The position numbers and the translations under genes were made by a program. From assembly GCA_012799185.1 (NCBI GenBank), contig JAAZLS010000074.1, positions 781-64,780 on the forward strand: a stretch of 64,000 nucleotides of DNA, read 5' to 3'. Positions 28,541 through 41,951 of the stretch are shown here, piece after piece. The notes under the pieces were generated by a model. That model searched no databases. It was not told where the DNA came from and was given only the letters and a program-made list of their open reading frames with translations. Position 1 is the first letter of the stretch. Each line of letters starts with the position of its first letter. The DNA is from Bacillota bacterium. Lineage in GTDB: Bacteria; Bacillota; Dethiobacteria; DTU022.

Positions 28541-28765
28541 TTAACTTAGAAAAGCCAATAGGACCGATAAAATCATGAAGGCTACCGCCAGCCAGGTAGT
28601 AAACTGGCTTAATCGATCATCAATCCCCTTCTTTTTCCCAAACAGTGTCTGGGCACCCCCGGCGATCGCCCCCAGCCCGGTGCTTCGCCCCGATTGCAAC
28701 AGTACAACTGCGATTAATCCCAAGCAAACAATAACAAATATTATCTGCAGTACTAGTACCAACAT
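28541..28765 (-). CDS. secG: Preprotein translocase subunit SecG
   Basis: 74 aa from the internal ATG preceded by GGAGGT; two TM segments. Conserved position downstream of eno. Confidence 0.8.
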   Translation of the reverse strand: MLVLVLQIIFVIVCLGLIAVVLLQSGRSTGLGAIAGGAQTLFGKKKGIDDRLSQFTTWLAVAFMILSVLLAFLS

Positions 28766-28846
28766 GACCTTACCTCCACTGTAACGATGCCCCAATTGTA
28801 TCATAAATTCAACAGGTTTGCTGCAAATCGACACAGGGAATAATTT

Positions 28847-31703
<2,857 letters not shown>

Positions 31704-31707
<4 letters not shown>

Positions 31708-32468
31708 CGGGTTGTCTCCCCGGCGGCTGCTATTAGTGCCAGGAAGGTATCGGCTTGCAAGCTGGCTCCCCCTACCAGGGCGCCATCTATCTCCGGCAGT
31801 GAGACAAATTCGGCAATATTATTTTCGTTAACGCTGCCCCCGTACTGGATCTGCAACTGCCCGGTAAATTCCGGGCCCAGGGTCTTCAGGGCTGCCCCCC
31901 GAACCAGCCGCGCCGCCTGCCCGGCATCGGCGGCAGAGGCGGCTACCCCGCTACCGATAGCCCATACCGGTTCATAGGCGATAACCAGGCGCCTTACCGC
32001 CACCCCGGCAATGTGGGCTAGCGCTCCCTCCACCTGCTGTCGGAGCACTTTTTCCGTAGCCCCTTTCTGCCGCTCCTCCTCGGTCTCCCCAACGCATAGC
32101 ACCGGCACCAGGTCATGTTCAATAGCAGCCAGCACCTTTTTATTAACCATCTGGTCATCCTCCCCCATAAGATGGCGCCGCTCCGAGTGGCCGATGATGA
32201 CATGGGTCGCTCCCAATTCCAGGAGCATGGCTGCTGAAATTTCCCCGGTAAACGCCCCCGCGGCGGACCAGTGCATATCCTGGCCCCCCAGCAGCACCGG
32301 GCTGCCGGCCAGCCCCTGCTGCACCGCCGCCAGGGCGGTAAAGGGGGGACAAATTAAGGTCTCTATCCCGGCCGGTGGTCCTCCGCCCTCCAGTAGGCGG
32401 CGGCAAAAGTCGGCCGCCTCTGCCGTGGTTTTATGCATCTTCCAGTTGGCAGCTATAATCAATCCCAT
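31704..32468 (-). CDS. tpiA: Triosephosphate isomerase
   Basis: 254 aa with IIAANWKMHKT and the IAYEPVWAIGSG (WAIGTG-type) motif. Confidence 0.95.
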
Positions 32469-32484
32469 CCTATTAATCCTCTCC

Positions 32485-33696
32485 TTAGTGACGATCTTTT
32501 AATATGGCAATGCCCGGCAGCTCCCGGCCCTCCCAAAATTTTAAGGTGGCCCCGCCACCGGTGGAGGTGAAATCAACCTGGCTGGACAGGTTAAACTTCT
32601 TCAGGGCAGCTACGATATCCCCCCCGCCCACTACCGAATAGGCCTTGCTGTCAGCAATCGCCCGGGCTACACCCTCCGTGCCCCGGTGAAAGGGTTCGGT
32701 TTCAAATACACCCAGGGGGCCGTTCCAGATCACCATCCCGGCACCGGCAATAATGGAGGCATACTCCTCCGTGGTGGCCGGCCCTATATCCAGTGCCCTC
32801 CATTTCGCGGGAACTGTCCCCGGGGGAATTGTAATTACCCGGGTGGGACTCCCCGATTGCAGCTCCCGGGCCGCCACCAGGTCCACCGGCAACAAGAGAC
32901 GGCAGCGGCTATGACGGCTATGCTCCCAAAGTTCCCGGGCCACCGCCGCGAGATCGGGCTCCGCCAGGGAGGCCGCCAGCTCGTAGCCCAGGGCCACCAA
33001 AAATGTATTGGCCATCCCCCCCCCGGTTAACAGGTAGTCGGCCATGGTTAAAAATCGGTTAACTACCCCTAATTTGTCAGAAATTTTGGCCCCACCCAGG
33101 ACTACTACCAGCGGGCGACCGGGATTCTCCAGGCACCGGCCAAGGGTCTTGACCTCCCTCTCCATTAATAGCCCCGCCACTGCCGGAATATAGCCGGCCA
33201 CACCCACGGTAGAGGCATGGGCCCGGTGCGCTGCACCGAAGGCATCGTTAACAAAGAGATCCGCCAGTTCCGCCAGGCCCTTGGAGAGCTCCGGGCTATT
33301 TTCTTCCTCCCCAGCCTCAAAACGTAGGTTCTCCAAAAGGAGAAGACTCCCCGGGGGGGCGGCGGTAACCGCCTCTTTTACCGCTGGGCCGACCACCCGG
33401 TCTACCGGGATAACCGGTTGGCCTAGTAGGGTTTCCAGGCGCCGGGCCACCGGATGGAGGCTTAACTCTGGCACCACTTTCCCCCCCGGACGGCCCAAAT
33501 GGGAGGCGATTATTACCCGGCTCGCCCCCCGGGCAAGTAAATATTGAATGGTGGGCAAAACCAACCGGATCCGGGTATCGTCGGCTACCTGCCCCCCCTT
33601 CAGGGGAACATTAAAGTCTACCCGTAATAGGACCCGTTTCCCGGATAGTTCTACCTGCTCTACGGTAAGCTTGTCATAACGCAATCTCTTCACCAC
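32485..33696 (-). CDS. pgk: Phosphoglycerate kinase
   Basis: 403 aa with RVDFNVP and GGGA/TLKFWEG motifs. Confidence 0.95.
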   Translation of the reverse strand: MVKRLRYDKLTVEQVELSGKRVLLRVDFNVPLKGGQVADDTRIRLVLPTIQYLLARGASRVIIASHLGRPGGKVVPELSLHPVARRLETLLGQPVIPVDRVVGPAVKEAVTAAPPGSLLLLENLRFEAGEEENSPELSKGLAELADLFVNDAFGAAHRAHASTVGVAGYIPAVAGLLMEREVKTLGRCLENPGRPLVVVLGGAKISDKLGVVNRFLTMADYLLTGGGMANTFLVALGYELAASLAEPDLAAVARELWEHSRHSRCRLLLPVDLVAARELQSGSPTRVITIPPGTVPAKWRALDIGPATTEEYASIIAGAGMVIWNGPLGVFETEPFHRGTEGVARAIADSKAYSVVGGGDIVAALKKFNLSSQVDFTSTGGGATLKFWEGRELPGIAILKDRH

Positions 33697-33839
33697 ACAA
33701 ATTAGTAGTTTAAATAAAGTTTACATTTTAATGGTAGTATAACCGACTCTATTTTACCACAAAACCCTATTTTTACCCCGGGGCCAATTAAAAAAACCAC
33801 CGGTTACGGGTGGTCTGCGGTAAATATGACCCTTCGGAA

Positions 33840-35234
33840 TCAGATCCGGCGCCGCCGGTACGAGGGGGGAATGCCAATTTCCTCCCGGTACTTGGCCACG
33901 GTCCGACGGGAGATAACAATGCCCTTTCCTTTTAATATTCCGGCCATCTGCTGGTCACTAAAGGGTTTTAAGCTGTCTTCCCGCTCAACTAGCTCCTGCA
34001 AGTAATTTTTAATACTATGAGAAGAGTAGTTCTCTCCCCCGGCCCCGGTAACCCCACTGGAAAAGAAAAATTTTAACGGGAAGAGACCCCGGGGGGTCTG
34101 GATATACTTATTAGAGGTAGCCCGGCTTACCGTAGACTCATGGATCCCCAATTTGCTCGCCACCTCTTTCAGGGTGAGGGGCTTAAGGTGTTTAATTCCC
34201 TGTTCCAGAAATGCCTGTTGCAATTTAACAATTTGGGTGGCTACCCGGTAGAGCGTTAACCGGCGCTGTTCTATGCTCCGGATAAGCCAGAGGGCGCTAT
34301 CCATTTTCCCTTTAACAAAGCTGGTTAGCTGCTCATCATCGGTCCCGGTACGCAACAGCCGTTGGTAAAAGGGGCTAATGGTCAGCCGGGGGGTACCCCC
34401 GTCGCTGGCGGTAATTATATACTCCTTTCCGACCTTCTCCACCGTTAAATCAGGGATAATATAGCGCGTTTCTTCCCCACTACCATAGATGTTCCCCGGC
34501 TTGGGGTTAAGATGATCGCGGATAAAATCGATAGCTGACTGGACCTGTTCCTGCTCACAACCCAACCGGGAGGCAATATAACGATAGCGGTTATCGGCGG
34601 CGGCGGGAAGGTAATGGGTAATTATTTTTTCCACCAGGGGAGGGGGGACTAGGTTGATTCGCTTAAGCTGTAAGAGGAGACATTCCCAGATATCCCGGGC
34701 CCCTACCCCGGGGGGCTCCAGGCCCTGGACAAGGGCCAGGCCGGCAGCTAGTTCCTTTTCACTGGCTCCCAGGGAGAAGGCCAGCTCATCCAGGTTACCC
34801 CTTAAATAACCGTTGCCGTCCAGGTTTCCTACCAGGTAGGAGGCAATATTATATTCAGCCCGGGGAAGCGACATCAGGCGGAGCTGCTCGGATAAATCAT
34901 CCTGGAGCGTTCTCCCTTCACGGGCATAGCTGTCGATAGGCGGGGGATCATCTTTAGGGTAAAACGTGGGGAGGCTACAATCTAAATTGCTATCGCGGAG
35001 ATATTCTTCCCAGGGGAACTCATCATCCTCTACCTTCTCCTCGTCGGTGAGATCATCGTTCTCCTTCTCCCCCTCTTCCCGCATCTCCAATACCGGGTTT
35101 TCCAGGAGCTCCTGCTGGATATATTCCCGAAGCTCCATCCGGGAATACTGCAGCATGGAGATAGCCATCTTTAACTGGGGGGTCATAATCAATTTTTGGG
35201 ACTGTTCTAACCTTAAATGAAAATCTAGTTTCAA
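33840..35234 (-). CDS. rpoN: RNA polymerase sigma-54 factor
   Basis: 464 aa. The N-terminal region-I (LRLEQSQKLIMTPQLKMAISMLQ) and the C-terminal RpoN box (ARRTVAKYRE) are present. Confidence 0.9.
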   Translation of the reverse strand: MKLDFHLRLEQSQKLIMTPQLKMAISMLQYSRMELREYIQQELLENPVLEMREEGEKENDDLTDEEKVEDDEFPWEEYLRDSNLDCSLPTFYPKDDPPPIDSYAREGRTLQDDLSEQLRLMSLPRAEYNIASYLVGNLDGNGYLRGNLDELAFSLGASEKELAAGLALVQGLEPPGVGARDIWECLLLQLKRINLVPPPLVEKIITHYLPAAADNRYRYIASRLGCEQEQVQSAIDFIRDHLNPKPGNIYGSGEETRYIIPDLTVEKVGKEYIITASDGGTPRLTISPFYQRLLRTGTDDEQLTSFVKGKMDSALWLIRSIEQRRLTLYRVATQIVKLQQAFLEQGIKHLKPLTLKEVASKLGIHESTVSRATSNKYIQTPRGLFPLKFFFSSGVTGAGGENYSSHSIKNYLQELVEREDSLKPFSDQQMAGILKGKGIVISRRTVAKYREEIGIPPSYRRRRI

Positions 35235-35336
35235 GTCACTCCTCCCCCTACTAGTAGTATATTTCGACGAAGATGATAATACTCCTGCCGCTATTCAAAT
35301 TAGTCTGACAAATTACCGCTGGTGGGGGGTCGAATA

Positions 35337-36272
35337 TTATGAGGGAAACGCCTTTCGGGCCAGGCGGGCCAGCTGCCGGAACCGGTGATTCATACCGGAT
35401 TTACCCAGGGGTGGATTAAGCATCTCCCCCAGCTCCTTTAAAGAGGCCTCCGGATATTTTTTCCGCAGATTTGCCGCCTCCTGCAGGGTCGGAGGCAGGT
35501 TGGATAGACCGATTAACTGTTCAACCCGGGCAATAGCCTCAATCTGCTGCTGGGAGGAGGTTACAATCTTATCTAGGTTGGCGGTTTCACAGTTTACCAG
35601 CCGGTTAACCTGGTTGCGCATACTTTTAACAACCCGAATATTTTCCAGCTCCAGCAGGGCATTGTGGGCACCGATCACCCGTAAAAATTCGGCTATCGAC
35701 TCCCCGTGTTTCATGTAGAGATAATGAACCTGGCGGCGCTCCCGAATAAATGACTCTATCCCAAAGGACTGTAGGATTTGCCGGGTTAAAATCGCATCTT
35801 CCCGGTAACCGCAATTAATTTCCAGGTGATAACCGGAACGGGATATGCTCATGGAGCCCCCGGCTAGAAATATCCCCCGCAGAAAAGCCCGCCGACAACA
35901 AAATTTTAATTCCCGGTGTATCTCCCGGGTAAAACCCGGCTGCCCCCGCAGGGGATAGAGCCCTAAATAGCCCAGCAGATTATCTACCGCCTCCCCGCCC
36001 TGGACCTGGACCATATAGGTTACCTTCCCTAGGCGCCGCCCCTGTTGCTTGACAACCCGAGGGGAATTAAATCCAGCCCCCTTAATCATTTGAAACAGGT
36101 GGCGGGCTAAAGTGCTGGAGCCGGCGGCGACCTTTATATACCGTTGTCCTTCGCTAAGAACCAAGAAACCCCGAAGCAAAACCAGGGCGGTTAGCTCACT
36201 ACGCCGGCAGCAGCGGCGGGCCTCTGGCGGGCGTACAATTAGTTCCCGGTTAATCTCGCGGGTAAAAGACAT
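35337..36272 (-). CDS. whiA: DNA-binding protein WhiA
   Basis: LAGLIDADG-like N-terminal domains and a C-terminal HTH (LGKSGMNHRFRQL). Start MSFTREINREL is preceded by GGAGG. Confidence 0.85.
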   Translation of the reverse strand: MSFTREINRELIVRPPEARRCCRRSELTALVLLRGFLVLSEGQRYIKVAAGSSTLARHLFQMIKGAGFNSPRVVKQQGRRLGKVTYMVQVQGGEAVDNLLGYLGLYPLRGQPGFTREIHRELKFCCRRAFLRGIFLAGGSMSISRSGYHLEINCGYREDAILTRQILQSFGIESFIRERRQVHYLYMKHGESIAEFLRVIGAHNALLELENIRVVKSMRNQVNRLVNCETANLDKIVTSSQQQIEAIARVEQLIGLSNLPPTLQEAANLRKKYPEASLKELGEMLNPPLGKSGMNHRFRQLARLARKAFPS

Positions 36273-36303
36273 CATCTTCCTCCTGCCTATAACGGTCAAA
36301 ATC

Positions 36304-37185
36304 CTAGATTATAACCTTCTCTATATCCCGGTGGACCAGGTTTACCGAGTACTGTTCTTCTAGAAAACGTCCTAAATCATCGGCTATAACCACTGAACGA
36401 TGCCGCCCACCGGTACAACCGATGGCCACTACCAGACTGCTCTTCCCCTCCCGGACACAATAGGGAATAATAAACTGCAGCAGATCGCGAATTTTTTGAT
36501 AGTACTTATGGCTAACCGACCACCGGTAGATATATTTTCTTATCCGGGGGTCGGTACCCTTTAGGGGCTTTAAATGTTCAACATAAAAGGGGTTGGGTAT
36601 AAACCGGACATCAAATACTAGGTCTGCTTCCGGGGGTAGGCCATACTTAAATCCAAAAGAGACCAGTTGGATTAATATCTTGCGATCTTTTAATCCGGCC
36701 TCGGTGTAAATCCGGGCTATCTTTTCTTTAAGCTGGGCCGGTGACAGGGAGGAGGTATTGATAATATGATCGGCCCTGCCCCTTAACTCACTTAGCACCT
36801 CTTTTTCCTGGCGCAACAGTTCGCTAAGGGTCCCCCCGGTAAGGGGGTGTCGCCGGCGGGTCTCCTTAAAGCGGCGAATAAGTACCTCTTGTTCCGCCTC
36901 CAGGAACAGGATGTCATAATCTACACCCGACTCCTCCAATTGATCAAGAACCTCAAAAAGATCATCAAAAAAAGTTCCTCCCCGAATGTCGCACACTAAA
37001 GCCACCCGGTTGATCTTGCCCTCAGAGTGAGCACAGAGTTCGGCAAATTTTGGAATAAAGGTAGGAGGTAGATTGTCTACGCAGAAGTAATCCAGATCTT
37101 CAAAACAGTTAACGGCGTTACTTTTACCCGCCCCGGAGAGCCCGGTTATTAATACTAATTTTAACGACGGTCCCCTTCCGGTCAT
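36304..37185 (-). CDS. rapZ: RNase adapter protein RapZ (YvcJ)
   Basis: P-loop GLSGAGKS at the N-terminus; 293 aa; conserved rapZ-whiA synteny. Confidence 0.85.
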   Translation of the reverse strand: MTGRGPSLKLVLITGLSGAGKSNAVNCFEDLDYFCVDNLPPTFIPKFAELCAHSEGKINRVALVCDIRGGTFFDDLFEVLDQLEESGVDYDILFLEAEQEVLIRRFKETRRRHPLTGGTLSELLRQEKEVLSELRGRADHIINTSSLSPAQLKEKIARIYTEAGLKDRKILIQLVSFGFKYGLPPEADLVFDVRFIPNPFYVEHLKPLKGTDPRIRKYIYRWSVSHKYYQKIRDLLQFIIPYCVREGKSSLVVAIGCTGGRHRSVVIADDLGRFLEEQYSVNLVHRDIEKVII

Positions 37186-37227
37186 TTTGACCTCCCTCTC
37201 AGTGGTTTTATCCGCCCCGACACCCCG

Positions 37228-39081
37228 TCAGTTTTGAACCTCCCCATGTAGAAACTTATAGACCCGAGAGGCCAATTTTTTACTAAATCCCGGCACCTTT
37301 TCAATCTCCTCCGGTGTAGATTGCCATAATCGATTGATATTACCAAAATGATCGAGTAAAGCCGCTCTGCGCCGGGGCCCAATTCCTGGAATCTCTTCCA
37401 ACTGGGAACGGCGGTTACGGGTTAAACGCCTGCGGCGGTGGTAGGCCAGGGCAAACCGGTGGGCTTCATCCCGTACCCTTTGCACCAGCTGTAGCAGCGG
37501 GGAATGGGCCGGCAGAACAACCGGGGCATCGGCCCCCTCCAGGAAAAGATGCTCCGTTCCCTCGGCCAAGGCCAGCAGGGTCAACCGCTCTTTCCCGGCC
37601 CGGTTTAACACCTCTCGGGCCGCCGATAACTGGCCTTTTCCACCATCGATTAACAACAAGTTCGGTTCGGGCCAGTCCTCCCGGGCAAGGCGGCGCCCGA
37701 GTACCTCCTGCAGGGCGGCATAATCATCACCGGGCTTAGCCTCCCGCAGTAGGAACCGCCGGTAGTGTTCCCTCCGGGGGCGCCCCTTTTCAAAGACCAC
37801 CATCGCCCCCACCGCCTCTTTCCCTTGGAGATGGGAGATATCGTACCCTTCAATTCGCCGCGGTCCCTCCTCCAGGCCAACCAACCGGGCCAGCTCTCGG
37901 AGAGGTTCCTCCTCCCGCCGACGGGAGGAGCGGAGCTGTTCCTCCAAGGCCAACCGGCCATTCCGGCGGGCCAGCTCCAGTAGCTCCCTCCTTTTACCAC
38001 GGCGCGGGTGCTTTAAGGCTACCTTACCCTTTTTTTTCCGGCTTTGCAACCACTGCTGTAATAGCTCTTCATCGGCAGGCCGGCTGGAGAGAAGTATCTC
38101 ATCCGGCGGTCTCTCAACCCGGCCGTAGTAGCTCTTCATAAAACCGGCCAACACCTCCGGCTCGCCCAAGCCCGCTGTGCCGGTAAGCGGGAAATGTTCC
38201 TGGCTTAGCAGTTTACCCTCCCGGATCTTAAACAGGTGAACCGCCGCTCTCTCCTCCCGGCTAACCAGGGCCAGCACATCCTGATCCGGGCCCTCCCGAA
38301 CCAGGACCTTTTGCTCCTGAGTCACCACCTCCCGCAGTGCCCGGAGCTGATCCCGTAGCCGGGCCGCCCGCTCAAAGGCCCGTTGTTGCGAGGCCTCCTC
38401 CATTTGCCGGGTTAGAGCCTCTTCCAGCGAACGAGTTCTACCCTCCAGGAAGAGGGCGATCTGTTCTACCATCTGCCCATATTCCTGCAAAGGTACATCT
38501 TTTTCTCCCCGGCAGGGAGCTAGACAACGTCCCATCTGGTAGTTAAGGCAGGGGCGCCCGGAGGTGGGCTCCCCGGTTAGAGACTGCCGGCAGCGCCTAA
38601 GGGGAAAAATTTTGCCCAGCAAACGCAAGGTGTCACGCACCGACCCGGCCCTAGTAAAGGGTCCAAACCAACGCTCTTTACCGGTAACCGGGCTGTAACC
38701 CCTTCTCTGGGTAAGGCGCAGCATTAACAGGCGGGGGTACGGCTCAGCGGTAAGCATGAGGTAGGGGTAATCCTTATCATCCTTTAGGTTTACATTGTAA
38801 CGCGGGTAATGCTCTTTAATCAGGTTGCATTCGAGAACCAGTGCCTCTGCTTCGTTATCGGTAACCAGGTATTCAATGTCAGCCATGTGGGACTGCAGAA
38901 CCCGGATCCGGGGGGGCATCCCCGTTTCGGCTAGGTAGTAACGTACCCGTTGCCGCAATAGCTTGGCCTTACCCACATAGATTACCTGTCCGGAAGCATC
39001 CTTAATCAGGTATACCCCCGGGGAGGCGGGGAATCGTCCCACCTTCTGTTCCAGTTCTTTCAAACGCCCGGCCATGCTCAC
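37228..39081 (-). CDS. uvrC: Excinuclease ABC subunit C
   Basis: GIY-YIG N-terminus (PGVYLIKDASGQVIYVGKAK), an endonuclease V-like domain and a C-terminal HhH domain. Confidence 0.9.
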   Translation of the reverse strand: MSMAGRLKELEQKVGRFPASPGVYLIKDASGQVIYVGKAKLLRQRVRYYLAETGMPPRIRVLQSHMADIEYLVTDNEAEALVLECNLIKEHYPRYNVNLKDDKDYPYLMLTAEPYPRLLMLRLTQRRGYSPVTGKERWFGPFTRAGSVRDTLRLLGKIFPLRRCRQSLTGEPTSGRPCLNYQMGRCLAPCRGEKDVPLQEYGQMVEQIALFLEGRTRSLEEALTRQMEEASQQRAFERAARLRDQLRALREVVTQEQKVLVREGPDQDVLALVSREERAAVHLFKIREGKLLSQEHFPLTGTAGLGEPEVLAGFMKSYYGRVERPPDEILLSSRPADEELLQQWLQSRKKKGKVALKHPRRGKRRELLELARRNGRLALEEQLRSSRRREEEPLRELARLVGLEEGPRRIEGYDISHLQGKEAVGAMVVFEKGRPRREHYRRFLLREAKPGDDYAALQEVLGRRLAREDWPEPNLLLIDGGKGQLSAAREVLNRAGKERLTLLALAEGTEHLFLEGADAPVVLPAHSPLLQLVQRVRDEAHRFALAYHRRRRLTRNRRSQLEEIPGIGPRRRAALLDHFGNINRLWQSTPEEIEKVPGFSKKLASRVYKFLHGEVQN

Positions 39082-39085
39082 CCAC

Positions 39086-41932
39086 CTAACCTTTCCCTAC
39101 ACCGGTCGGGTTACTGGATCCGGCTAAAACTTCTTTCAACCATTTTCCAGTATAGGAGTCTTTAACCCGGGCCACCTCTTCCGGAGTACCCCGGGCCACC
39201 ACCCGCCCGCCTTCCTCCCCGCCCTCCGGACCTAGATCGATCAGGTAATCGGCCCTTTTTAATACCTCCGGGTTATGCTCAATTACCAGCACCGTATTAC
39301 CGGCCCCTGTTAGCCGGTCCAGGATATTTAACAGTTTCTTTATATCCTCCAGGTGGAGACCGGTAGTAGGCTCATCTAATATATAGAAAGTGCGCCCCTT
39401 GCTACGCCGAGCCAGCTCGGTAGCCAGTTTTACCCGCTGGGCCTCTCCCCCGGAGAGGGTGGTGGCCGGTTGTCCCAGCCGGATATAGCCCAAACCCACA
39501 TCCTGCAAGGTCTGTAACCGGCGGCTGATCTTGGGGAAGGTTTCAAAGAGCTCGCTCGCCTCCGACACGGTCATATCAAGAACATCGGCAATGTTTTTCC
39601 CCTTGTAAAGTATCTCCAGGGTCTCCCGATTATAGCGCCGCCCACCACAAACCTCGCAGGGAACGTAAACATCGGGTAGAAAATGCATCTCGATCCGCAG
39701 TATCCCGTCTCCTCGGCAGGCTTCGCACCGGCCGCCTTTTACATTAAAGCTAAACCGGCCCGGACGGTAACCTCGCTTGCGCGATTCAAGCATCTGGGAG
39801 AAAAGCTCCCGGATCCCATCAAAGAGACCGGTGTAGGTAGCTGGGTTGGAACGGGGGGTCCTCCCGATTGGAGTCTGATCAATTACCACTACCTTTTCCA
39901 GGTGATTCAGACCTTCAATCCGATCATGGTCCCCGGGCTGCTCTCGGGAACGATAGAGATGACGGGAGAGGGCCCGCCCCAGGATTTGGTTTACCAGGGT
40001 ACTCTTCCCGGAGCCAGAAACCCCGGATACACAGACAAAAAGCCCCAAGGGGATACCGACATCAATATTCTTTAAGTTATTTTCTCGGGCCCCCCGGACC
40101 CATAGCCATCGTTCATTGGGAAGCCGCCTCTGGTCGGGCAGGGGGATCGAGCGGCGCCCGGAGAGGTAATCCCCGGTTATCGATGCAGGGCTACTCATAA
40201 TACTAGCCACATCTCCCTGGGCCACAATATGTCCACCCCGCGCCCCGGCGCCGGGTCCGATATCGACCAGATGATCCGCCCGCAAAATAGTCTCCAGATC
40301 ATGCTCCACTACGATTACCGTATTACCTAAATCGCGGAGCGCCTCCAGCGTATCCAGTAGCCGGGCACTATCCCGGAGGTGGAGGCCGATGCTTGGCTCA
40401 TCTAGGATATAGATCACCCCGGTTAACCCGGAACCGATCTGGGTGGCCAGCCGAATGCGTTGGGCCTCTCCCCCGGAAAGGGTGGCTGCCGGGCGATCCA
40501 GGGCCAGATAACCCAGCCCGACATCAATTAAAAACTGTAGTCGGGAGCGGATCTCCTTTATGACCTGGGCGGCAATCTGTTTTTCCCGTTCATCTAAAGA
40601 AAGCTCCCGGAGTCGCTTCTCTGCCTTCTCCACCGTTAAGGCCGCTATCTCCGCTATATTATAACCGTCTACCAGCACCGAAAGGCTCGATTCCTTTAGA
40701 CGTAGCCCACCACAGGCGGGACAGGGTAAGTTAACCTGGTAACGGGCCAGATCCTGGCGTACACTCTCCGATTCCGTGGTTTTAATACGTTGCTGCAAGA
40801 GCTTGATAATCCCCGGGAAGGGCCGGTGATAGTTGCGCACCCGGCCGAACCGGTTTACATAACGAAATTTTATAGGCTGGCTGGAACCATAAAAGATAAT
40901 CTCCTTCTGTTCCGGGCTAAGATCACGGAAAGCTACATTTAGGTCTATCCCGAAAGCATCGGCGGCCGCCTCTAAGAACTGCCGATAATAGCGACTGTCA
41001 CCTTTCCAGGGATGGATGGCCCCCTCGGCGATGGTTAGCTCGGGATAGGGCACAATTAACTCCGGAGAAAATTCCGCCTTCCTCCCCAACCCGCTGCACT
41101 GGGGGCAGGCGCCGTAGGGGCTATTAAAAGAGAAAGCCCGGGGACTGATCTCCTCGAAACTAAACCCGCAATGGGGACAGGAAAAACGCTCGCTAAAGAG
41201 ATGTTCCTCCCCCTCGACCTCTTGCACCAAGGCCAGCCCCTCGCCCAACTTCAGGGTAGTTTCCAGGGAATCAGCCAGGCGGGTCTCAATCCCTTCCCGC
41301 ACCACTAGCCGGTCAACCATCACCTCGATCGAATGTTTCTTGTTTTTGTCCAGGGAGATCGGCTCCTCCAACTCGTAAATCTGTCCGTTAACACGGACCC
41401 GGACAAAGCCACGGCGGCGCATCTCCTCCAGCAGGCGACTGTGTTCCCCCTTGCGCCCCCGCACCAGGGGGGCTAAAACCTGCAGCCGGCTCCCCTCTGG
41501 TAGGGTCATCACCTGGTCTACCATTTGCTGGACGGTTTGCCGGGCTATAGGCTGCCGGCAGTGGGGACAGTACGGTTTACCTACTCGGGCAAAAAGCAGG
41601 CGCAGATAGTCATAGATCTCGGTAACCGTACCCACCGTGGAGCGGGGGTTGCGGGAACTGCTTTTCTGATCAATTGAAATCGCCGGGGAGAGACCCTCAA
41701 TATGATCCAGATCCGGCTTATCCATCTGCCCCAAGAACTGACGGGCATAGGCTGAAAGGGACTCTACGTAGCGGCGTTGGCCCTCGGCATAGATGGTATC
41801 AAAGGCCAGGGAGGATTTACCCGAACCACTTAACCCAGTAAAGACAATTAAATTGTTACGGGGAAGGGTTAAATCAATGTTTTTCAAATTATGCTCCCTC
41901 GCCCCGCGAATTATAATTTTTCCTGAATTCAT
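39086..41932 (-). CDS. uvrA: Excinuclease ABC subunit A
   Basis: Two ABC ATPase modules with zinc-finger Cys pairs. Start at MNSGKII is preceded by AAGGTGAAG; the longer ORF is an upstream extension. Confidence 0.95.
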   Translation of the reverse strand: MNSGKIIIRGAREHNLKNIDLTLPRNNLIVFTGLSGSGKSSLAFDTIYAEGQRRYVESLSAYARQFLGQMDKPDLDHIEGLSPAISIDQKSSSRNPRSTVGTVTEIYDYLRLLFARVGKPYCPHCRQPIARQTVQQMVDQVMTLPEGSRLQVLAPLVRGRKGEHSRLLEEMRRRGFVRVRVNGQIYELEEPISLDKNKKHSIEVMVDRLVVREGIETRLADSLETTLKLGEGLALVQEVEGEEHLFSERFSCPHCGFSFEEISPRAFSFNSPYGACPQCSGLGRKAEFSPELIVPYPELTIAEGAIHPWKGDSRYYRQFLEAAADAFGIDLNVAFRDLSPEQKEIIFYGSSQPIKFRYVNRFGRVRNYHRPFPGIIKLLQQRIKTTESESVRQDLARYQVNLPCPACGGLRLKESSLSVLVDGYNIAEIAALTVEKAEKRLRELSLDEREKQIAAQVIKEIRSRLQFLIDVGLGYLALDRPAATLSGGEAQRIRLATQIGSGLTGVIYILDEPSIGLHLRDSARLLDTLEALRDLGNTVIVVEHDLETILRADHLVDIGPGAGARGGHIVAQGDVASIMSSPASITGDYLSGRRSIPLPDQRRLPNERWLWVRGARENNLKNIDVGIPLGLFVCVSGVSGSGKSTLVNQILGRALSRHLYRSREQPGDHDRIEGLNHLEKVVVIDQTPIGRTPRSNPATYTGLFDGIRELFSQMLESRKRGYRPGRFSFNVKGGRCEACRGDGILRIEMHFLPDVYVPCEVCGGRRYNRETLEILYKGKNIADVLDMTVSEASELFETFPKISRRLQTLQDVGLGYIRLGQPATTLSGGEAQRVKLATELARRSKGRTFYILDEPTTGLHLEDIKKLLNILDRLTGAGNTVLVIEHNPEVLKRADYLIDLGPEGGEEGGRVVARGTPEEVARVKDSYTGKWLKEVLAGSSNPTGVGKG

Positions 41933-41951
41933 TTCTTCACCTTTTGCCACT

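Noticed and set aside
33697-33839. Sigma-A promoter for the pgk operon (TTGTGG ... TATACT on the minus strand)
   Set aside because: The spacer is only 15 nt and the -35 is weak. Not reported as a feature.
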